The notes under the pieces were generated by a model, which worked only from the letters and a program-made list of their open reading frames with translations, did no database searches and was not told the DNA's origin. The position numbers and the translations under genes are program-made. Source: a virus. Taken from it: a stretch of DNA of 64,000 nucleotides. Position 1 is the stretch's first letter, and each line of letters starts with the position of its first letter. The stretch is from positions 1 through 64,000 of the IMG/VR virus record IMGVR_UViG_3300030098_006058. One strand, given 5' to 3'. Shown here in pieces: positions 59,101-64,000 of this stretch.

Positions 59101-62100
59101 AAGATATGAAACAGATCCTGCATCTGATATACTATCTGAAAAAGAAGTACAATGGTTTAAAGATAAATTTGGAGAAGAGGGATTAGAAATAGCCCAAAGA
59201 ATTAAATATATTATATTAAAAGATGGCCGAATGGCATATGGAAAATACCATAAAGGTATGGTTACATTAGCACAATTTGGTAAAGAAGGTACAGCTTATT
59301 GGGAAGCTATGCGTCGTATAATGGATTTACATCTAACACCAGAAGAAAAAAATGATTTAACTCTTGCAGCTATTAATAGATGGAATGATACAGATCAAAA
59401 ACAAGTTGAAATAAATATTGCTAGAGGTTTTATGGAATTCATGTTAACTGAAAATGACTCATCTCTTTCTGGTATTTTAAAAAGATTCTTTAGAAATCTT
59501 CTATATTATATAAAAAATATGTTAGGTATGAAGCCTAGTATAGATCAAATGTTCAAAGATTTATCTAATAGAACTTATACAAAATATAATGTTAAAGAAT
59601 TAAATGAATTATCTCAAGTTCAAAATGTAGCTAAATTACGAGAAAAGAAAAATTATACAGAACTAGAGGTTGAAGATATAACCTCAAGTATAAACTTTAT
59701 GTTATGGGAACATTTAAATAATAAATATGGAGATAATTGGGTAGATATTTTAAGTAAACCTGTAGAACTTGCAAAAGAATATGAAAAAATTAGAATAAGT
59801 TGGAGAAATAAGTCAGAAGAAAGATTGAAAGATCCAAATTTAAGTGAGCTTAATCGAAGAATCCATTCTAATATATTAGATATAACTGATGAATCTGTAT
59901 TTTATACCCAATTTGAAAAAGTAGGTAAAAATAGAATCAATTTAGAAAATGTTACTGATGTTGGATTTAGAGATTTAGCAGTAGAAGGGTTGATAGAATG
60001 GGGTTATAAATTTAAATTTAAAAAAGATTTTACTCTAGATTACGACTCTAAACCAGAAATAACAGAAGCAATTCCTAATGAAGAAGAAGTATCTACTGAA
60101 GATATTGGAATTGAAGATATAGAAAAATTAGAAAAGATATATGGTATGAATTTTTGGCATCAAGACCAAAGATCTACATTATCTAAAGAGGTTAAAATAG
60201 GATTAAGTTTTATTAAGAGCCGTGAGAGAAGTAATATAACAGGTAGTTATAAATTTATACCATTTGATGATATATATAATTATATTTCTGCTGCACTTTC
60301 TAATGTACCTCAAAAATATATAGAATCTACATTAAGAGGTTTACAAAATAAAACAGTAAATGGTCAAAATGTAATGCCAAGCGTTATTAGAGTATTTGAT
60401 CAAGCTTCCGACCAATGGAAAAGAAAATTCTTAACACATTTCAATAAACAAAATATTTTATTTAAAACATTAGTTATTGAAGGAGGTAAAACTAAAACTG
60501 TATTTACTAATAGAAATGGTATCCACCAACAAATTATGAATGAATGGATAGCAGCACGAGGTTTAACTAATATCTTTACAGAAAGAGTAGGAAAACCCGA
60601 CGAAATAAATATAGAAGAAGTTGAAAAAATATGGAGTAAAACAAAACCAGACATTTTCTATGATCAATTAATGCCTATTTACCAAAAATATATTAAATTA
60701 TTAGGTAATCAAGCTGAACAAACAAAAGGAAAAGAAGAATATTTAAAAGTAATGACTCTTATTCTTGAAAAAATTGGGATAACTATACCAAAAGATGTTC
60801 AAAATGGTATTATAAATGATGAAAAAATGAATGTGAAAGATTTACATTCATATATGACGGGTACAAATTCTGTATCTTATATGTTCACTAATAAACTTTT
60901 AAAAGGACTTAGTCCATATATAGCAGAGAATCTAGAAGGGATGGCTCTTGGTAGACTTGCAGAGCTAGTTGCACAGTATAGAGTTGATAAATATTTATCT
61001 TCATTTATTGGAGGAAACAGAAAACCTATATTTTCTATTAATCTTAATACATTTGGTTCAGATAGAGTTAATTTATTAACAGATCCTAGAACGTCGAAGC
61101 AGACAATAGATGAATATTTAAGTGATTCTTTTTATAATCCTCTTCCAGATAATAACAATTATATGCATCTTATTTTAAGATTGTTACAAATCCCTGAAGT
61201 AAGAGATAAATTTGTATTAAGTACTTTTGATGTTATACAAGAAAGAGGAGAATTTCAAGCAGGTAAAACATACGACGAATTAACAGAAGCAGTTTCTTGG
61301 AAAACAAGATATGCTATGTTTTATAATAATGGATTACCATTTGCAGAAATTAATACAGGTACTAAAAGTGATAAAACAAATTTTCAATTTGTATTAGTTC
61401 CTAAAATAAACTATATGAATAGACGTCTTGGATTATGGACATCTCCTCATCAAGAAAATGCAAAAACATTTGTAGATACAGCTATAGATTTATTATATCC
61501 TTTAGCATTAGCAGAATACAATAATATAATAAGAACAGAAAATGAATTATTTGGTCCTACTCCAATAAGTCCACGGGAAGAAATAAAAAATGTACATTAT
61601 AAAGATGTTCCAGGAGATAGAAAAGGAAATGGATTAAGATTCTCTATGTTGGATATATTAAATGATTCTCAATATGAAATATTTACTCCAGAAGGTAGAT
61701 TAAGAAGACCTAGTAATGGGCTGACGCATGAAGATATGAATAGAATGCAAGCTTTAATAAAAACAGGTATTAAAAATTTCGTATTAAGAGAAGTGAATAA
61801 AACTTTAGATTCAATGTCTAAATCAGGGGTCGTTAATAAAGTTAAAGAAGGCCATTATACAAATAATGGTTTACCTAGTGAAACATTAGCAGGAAGAGTA
61901 GGTACTGAAAATAATATATATGACTCCTTAGTTGGGTTTGCTATAAACGATTTAGTATATAAAAATTATCTCTCTACAATATTTGGTCCACCGGCCTTTT
62001 ATTATAAAAATATTGTAGATAAAATGAAAAGAGGTTACCAAGATGTAACTCCAGGTTATAATGTAATAGTTGGTAAAAATGGTATGAAATCAAAGTTTAA

Positions 62101-64000
62101 CCATGTAACATTACGGGATATTTATAAACAACGACCTGAAAATGTTGCAAGGATAAAGAAAATATTAACAGATGCAGGAGTTTCTAATAAGGTAGCAGAT
62201 AGAATTTCACAAGCATATGCAAGTGTAATTAAAACTGATGGTCAAGGATATGTAACATTAGAATTTTACAAACAGATTTTAGAATCTACAGGACAATGGA
62301 GCCCTCAACATCAAGAGTATTATGAAAAATATTGGGTTACAGGTAAAAAAATGCCAGCAGAAGCTAGAGATTTATTATTAGATCCTCTTAAAACATTCTA
62401 TTTTGGACCAAGAGTACATACTAATTCATTAGGAAATACAAGATTACGATGGGAACAATTAAAACATTCGGTTGTACCATTATTAAGAGAATGGACTGAA
62501 ACTACAAAACAAGAAGGAGAATTTACTTTAAATAATCTTAGACAAAGAATGGAAGGTGTAGGACAATATAAAGGTTTTACTCCAATAGATATGGTTGATT
62601 TTGAATCAGGTGTAAAAGTAGGTGCTAACGGTCTTACAGAATTTAATAGACCAGAAACATGGGTAGTTGAACAATTTGAAACTAAAAATTTAAGATTACC
62701 ACAACTTATTAAAACTAAAGTTAAAGATCCATTAGATGGAACTCAATGGGCTAAATTAATTTTAGAGAATTTATCTGTAGATAATAATTATACAATATTT
62801 GAAAAATCTTTTAATGGAGAAGAATTAAGAAAATTATATAACGATATATATGCTGAGAAAATTAAAAGATCTTCAGAGAAACTTATGAAACGAATAGGTT
62901 GGAATTCATTTAAACAGAAATGGGAAAATAGAGACGAACTTATAAATACGCCAGAATTTGCACAAGCTCAATTAGAGTTTTTGAAAAAAGTAAGAGCTAT
63001 TATAGAAGATGGATTGACACAAAGAAATATGTCAGGTGTATATTTTGATGCTTTAGATTTAAGGGAAGTAAATGATATGATTACTAAATTTGATTTTGCT
63101 GTTCCTTTAGCATTCCCGACGTTTGCTAAAACATTTGAAAATTTACTTAATTCAGTTGTTAAAAATAATGTATTAAAACAAAGAGTACATGGTATGTCTG
63201 CTGTACAAGTAGCTGAATTTGGATCAGGAGTAGGTCAATTTACTGATGAATTACAAATTAAAAGATCTCCAAGTGGTGGTATATATGCAGAAGCGAGATT
63301 GTCTTATGATATAGCTCTTAAATTAGGTTACCAGGGTAAAGTAGGTGAAATAAAAAATATAGATAAAAATATCTTAGAAGTATTAGGATATCGTATTCCA
63401 ACTCAAGGTAAAAATTCTATGATATCTTTAAAAGTAATTGAAATATTACCAAGTACTATGGGAAGTATTATTCAGGTTCCTTCAGAATTAACTACAATGA
63501 TGGGACAAGATTTTGATATTGATAAATTATATCTTATGTTCCCAGAACGTACTAAAACAGGGACAAAAATTGAAGCGTTCTCATACGACACATATTTATC
63601 TAAAGGAAGAAGTTTTGATGGTATCGGAGAGCAGAGTTTAAATAATGCTTTATTTGATATTAGAAAGGCTATACTAGAATCTAAACATACTGCTAGAGAA
63701 ATTTTAGATCCCCTTGATACAACTACTTATGAAGAAAAAATACGTGAATATGAACGTTTAGGAATAATACAGAAATTACAGAACTTGGCTGCAAATGCAA
63801 CATCGACAGATGTATTCTTTGAAATGATTAATAAGGATGCTAATATGCTTATTGGTTTATTTTCATTACATGCTACAGGACATGCAATGGCCCAAGAAAT
63901 GGGATTAGAATTAGATGATTTTTATTCTATTAATATAAATATTAATGGAAATGAATCATTAACTGATTTATCTCGTATTTTTGATTATTATGGTGGATTT
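53177..64000 (+). CDS. Giant virion-packaged RNA polymerase protein (partial, >3600 aa; not in ORF track)
   Basis: ATG at 53177. In the same frame: TDGQGY, GYRIPTQGKNS and catalytic GQDFDIDK (DFDID at 63509-63523). The track lists no closed ORF from this ATG, consistent with a frame that stays open to the window end. Confidence 0.92.
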   Translation, partial: MSEKTSALKGIFSNTSTELDPGTNLPKSPTKGPNDPPIAPPKGAKRYNRGGSNSNLWGDGVNSVSDIFKIPSETGKMGTPPTIFPGPSYYDLPDVDFDIYDRGTTLQRRASRQGVGEQILGALNQAVFGEVLGGTIEALGALADFAWGGIGETYGNWMTELGSDIRNFTKEITPIYQMYPGMAWNPSDSGWWAQNAVSVASTLSLLIPARGVQVAGGKLMMGIAKGTKKINKAKKGTKLHNFAKKIENAAHGTKWTRAAGTAVLGGTASRFMENYREAAETGVHSLEKNLKFLSDPENLEEFLNSEEGQIFLEETGITRNDPNIVTKAAQYASGKAASHAFKIDWANWAFDVFQYGLMFSPGLFGKIGTRTGKGSSAATKAQQGFLKAPKKVKSPRFGRLGAAFNWTVKKGKPFAKWAAWSATEGVEEMVNYIGMQEGIRRGDLILGNTGYTNKEYIESDDFLGRLDHYMEQGGFWTSAMWGAIGGGIFTGVAGIRNRNYHKKLAEQKVQEIGERTALITELMQERQRYEAIGDIDGMRKIDQQLAIELALKAAAVGNVDLLLEMINDPMMDEALESGGMKKEDIQAKKKEIIETVELVEKLYNSRMNTLTGDKYSDALGASIVRMEMNISMYQNLIDEINKRIEAGETSDVVLQDGFKIGSNTKNRYDLQRKIQEVNKVLQMFEQIRSGLEKANAEAGTSEKDKQQNSLALEETNKQIEKYKQQLSELEKKSTLAKKDSQDNYDAGVYKQEEDFLKKVQEMDQRGLAEKKALYTNLRDLSWEQLNRLLSGETTLIDKDKKEVGKASVPKTEQEVIEDSLGTGTEQAKQSAQTRAKIQDLRNFIIKNKPSLKALDDFIAQYPTDQEFQRVAALAREAYAQYKNEQDFRDKNDSFRSKLKKVIKKETDEIKDYIDEANKKFLEELDKLTKPKTSMKDVRKGVETEIWYRNWIENGALRTYGIKESQDYLINELFDEFTPVISVVWKGKVGSLFIDPETNEYIFRHGRSGKETIIPVEPETASNKYRNSKGQYTKGATLRHLDMRLLKNSYLNMSIIADGRTIMINGEYYNILDSDPSSAIKYNKKTAEVLGVHLTKWDGTKVFITTPGLKYEIANIIETLEAVKRIQFKNLVQNDFMIIEHEGTEYIVQYENAGMKGLFQDYQELTVRLEDGTPASSDIKKEVLKIANQNLTKAIEQEINNIKVKYNEARTSNNVTPAKNTETTLESTPEQEGKISEDPGKVKQITQSEINSEKIEESSEGKKEELNTKEEKDLANGARNSIEQNSSSITEEENQKNTKEEETQNKEQTKKKLEEVIGLGSQHESNESTTPEDEMNKDQNTLGLISSPTDTDPDNLDAQYPSGFITEMAWINIGTKENPLIVNLLDGNGNLIGNRIGIGTVPYIDKTIEEMSNLEKSLLEAGNARIVKLYHWKPVESNVDGVMTVLTEGSRAIVDESQLKELTNDEGKPLFRIWKTNTVKVSDYISTDVLNSPKFGVGTKIILRVEPNDQFFSSNEPNKVTITLRLASNPSIILTKRQGVFEQDGELYDQVKSMLESGDIKDIEAEVTGKTNGYVINIKRNGKSVESSLNTLEGQFPLILGYAQGDVMRIEGEEYQDIIVPDSPYYESGATYLIIPASNGTYIPVRLNTQKLTDFAAEKVLEIILSEITNPEQKRAQVNKIVNVYSKVTSDKVLALDNYEFKFKYGDFNIGIQYNIEGSGKNAKNNLKNAIEGKPFHFKLYDEFGLQVSKGEFKDGDTIKQKTLRESSELNINENGPIKEAIIEHLKTKYYNIQKNELNSDQKFISPLKDGKVYKNYLEYLSDPELKIITHDIPSGSQTKFFNTKVFFKLTSKPIKATSKKKSAPSFLSSSDKKVINSVETENENISEIPTEYDEVKGKVKKSGRRKYTVTEQTDNSQRNPNIETFDPTKLAGIPKDSTVESSDNLSDNENNIISDKSEERKNNKSDDNFDVQLRQRYETDPASDILSEKEVQWFKDKFGEEGLEIAQRIKYIILKDGRMAYGKYHKGMVTLAQFGKEGTAYWEAMRRIMDLHLTPEEKNDLTLAAINRWNDTDQKQVEINIARGFMEFMLTENDSSLSGILKRFFRNLLYYIKNMLGMKPSIDQMFKDLSNRTYTKYNVKELNELSQVQNVAKLREKKNYTELEVEDITSSINFMLWEHLNNKYGDNWVDILSKPVELAKEYEKIRISWRNKSEERLKDPNLSELNRRIHSNILDITDESVFYTQFEKVGKNRINLENVTDVGFRDLAVEGLIEWGYKFKFKKDFTLDYDSKPEITEAIPNEEEVSTEDIGIEDIEKLEKIYGMNFWHQDQRSTLSKEVKIGLSFIKSRERSNITGSYKFIPFDDIYNYISAALSNVPQKYIESTLRGLQNKTVNGQNVMPSVIRVFDQASDQWKRKFLTHFNKQNILFKTLVIEGGKTKTVFTNRNGIHQQIMNEWIAARGLTNIFTERVGKPDEINIEEVEKIWSKTKPDIFYDQLMPIYQKYIKLLGNQAEQTKGKEEYLKVMTLILEKIGITIPKDVQNGIINDEKMNVKDLHSYMTGTNSVSYMFTNKLLKGLSPYIAENLEGMALGRLAELVAQYRVDKYLSSFIGGNRKPIFSINLNTFGSDRVNLLTDPRTSKQTIDEYLSDSFYNPLPDNNNYMHLILRLLQIPEVRDKFVLSTFDVIQERGEFQAGKTYDELTEAVSWKTRYAMFYNNGLPFAEINTGTKSDKTNFQFVLVPKINYMNRRLGLWTSPHQENAKTFVDTAIDLLYPLALAEYNNIIRTENELFGPTPISPREEIKNVHYKDVPGDRKGNGLRFSMLDILNDSQYEIFTPEGRLRRPSNGLTHEDMNRMQALIKTGIKNFVLREVNKTLDSMSKSGVVNKVKEGHYTNNGLPSETLAGRVGTENNIYDSLVGFAINDLVYKNYLSTIFGPPAFYYKNIVDKMKRGYQDVTPGYNVIVGKNGMKSKFNHVTLRDIYKQRPENVARIKKILTDAGVSNKVADRISQAYASVIKTDGQGYVTLEFYKQILESTGQWSPQHQEYYEKYWVTGKKMPAEARDLLLDPLKTFYFGPRVHTNSLGNTRLRWEQLKHSVVPLLREWTETTKQEGEFTLNNLRQRMEGVGQYKGFTPIDMVDFESGVKVGANGLTEFNRPETWVVEQFETKNLRLPQLIKTKVKDPLDGTQWAKLILENLSVDNNYTIFEKSFNGEELRKLYNDIYAEKIKRSSEKLMKRIGWNSFKQKWENRDELINTPEFAQAQLEFLKKVRAIIEDGLTQRNMSGVYFDALDLREVNDMITKFDFAVPLAFPTFAKTFENLLNSVVKNNVLKQRVHGMSAVQVAEFGSGVGQFTDELQIKRSPSGGIYAEARLSYDIALKLGYQGKVGEIKNIDKNILEVLGYRIPTQGKNSMISLKVIEILPSTMGSIIQVPSELTTMMGQDFDIDKLYLMFPERTKTGTKIEAFSYDTYLSKGRSFDGIGEQSLNNALFDIRKAILESKHTAREILDPLDTTTYEEKIREYERLGIIQKLQNLAANATSTDVFFEMINKDANMLIGLFSLHATGHAMAQEMGLELDDFYSINININGNESLTDLSRIFDYYGGF

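Noticed and set aside
2689-60654. Short minus-strand and alternate-frame ORFs nested in long + strand genes (e.g. 7164-7642, 18407-18787, 47938-48153, 56723-60654)
   Set aside because: They are shadow ORFs of well-supported genes and show no recognisable motifs.
1-64000. Stop-codon reassignment, as in some crAss clades
   Set aside because: Very long ORFs are intact in code 11, TAG and TGA end plausible genes, and no suppressor tRNA is seen.
53168-64000. Apparent 10.8 kb gene desert in the ORF track
   Set aside because: It is an artefact of the open-ended vRNAP ORF, which has no stop within the window.

Overview
This window is a 64 kb piece of an AT-rich Crassvirales (crAss-like) phage genome. 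The host is most likely Bacteroidota, probably an aquatic flavobacterium, because five TTTG...TAnnTTTG host-type promoters are present. Bases 1-1590 form a divergent minus-strand early-type region. It holds two small ORFs, intrinsic terminators, four copies of a 30-32 bp motif and several tandem multibranched RNA-like structures. From about 1750 to the end everything runs on the + strand in standard code 11. The order is: small genes and a tRNA(CAT); a putative endolysin; an envelope cassette (beta-barrel, lipoprotein, T9SS-type cargo, Cys-less thioredoxin fold, nuclease); holin, TerL and portal; a transglycosylase-containing protein; scaffold, MCP and head/tail genes; a 3560-aa Cys-rich fibre with a metzincin protease motif; ring and muzzle proteins; two cargo proteins; and a giant virion RNA polymerase (>3600 aa, DFDID motif) that runs off the window end and is absent from the ORF track. 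All family assignments come from motif recognition and gene order, not database searches.
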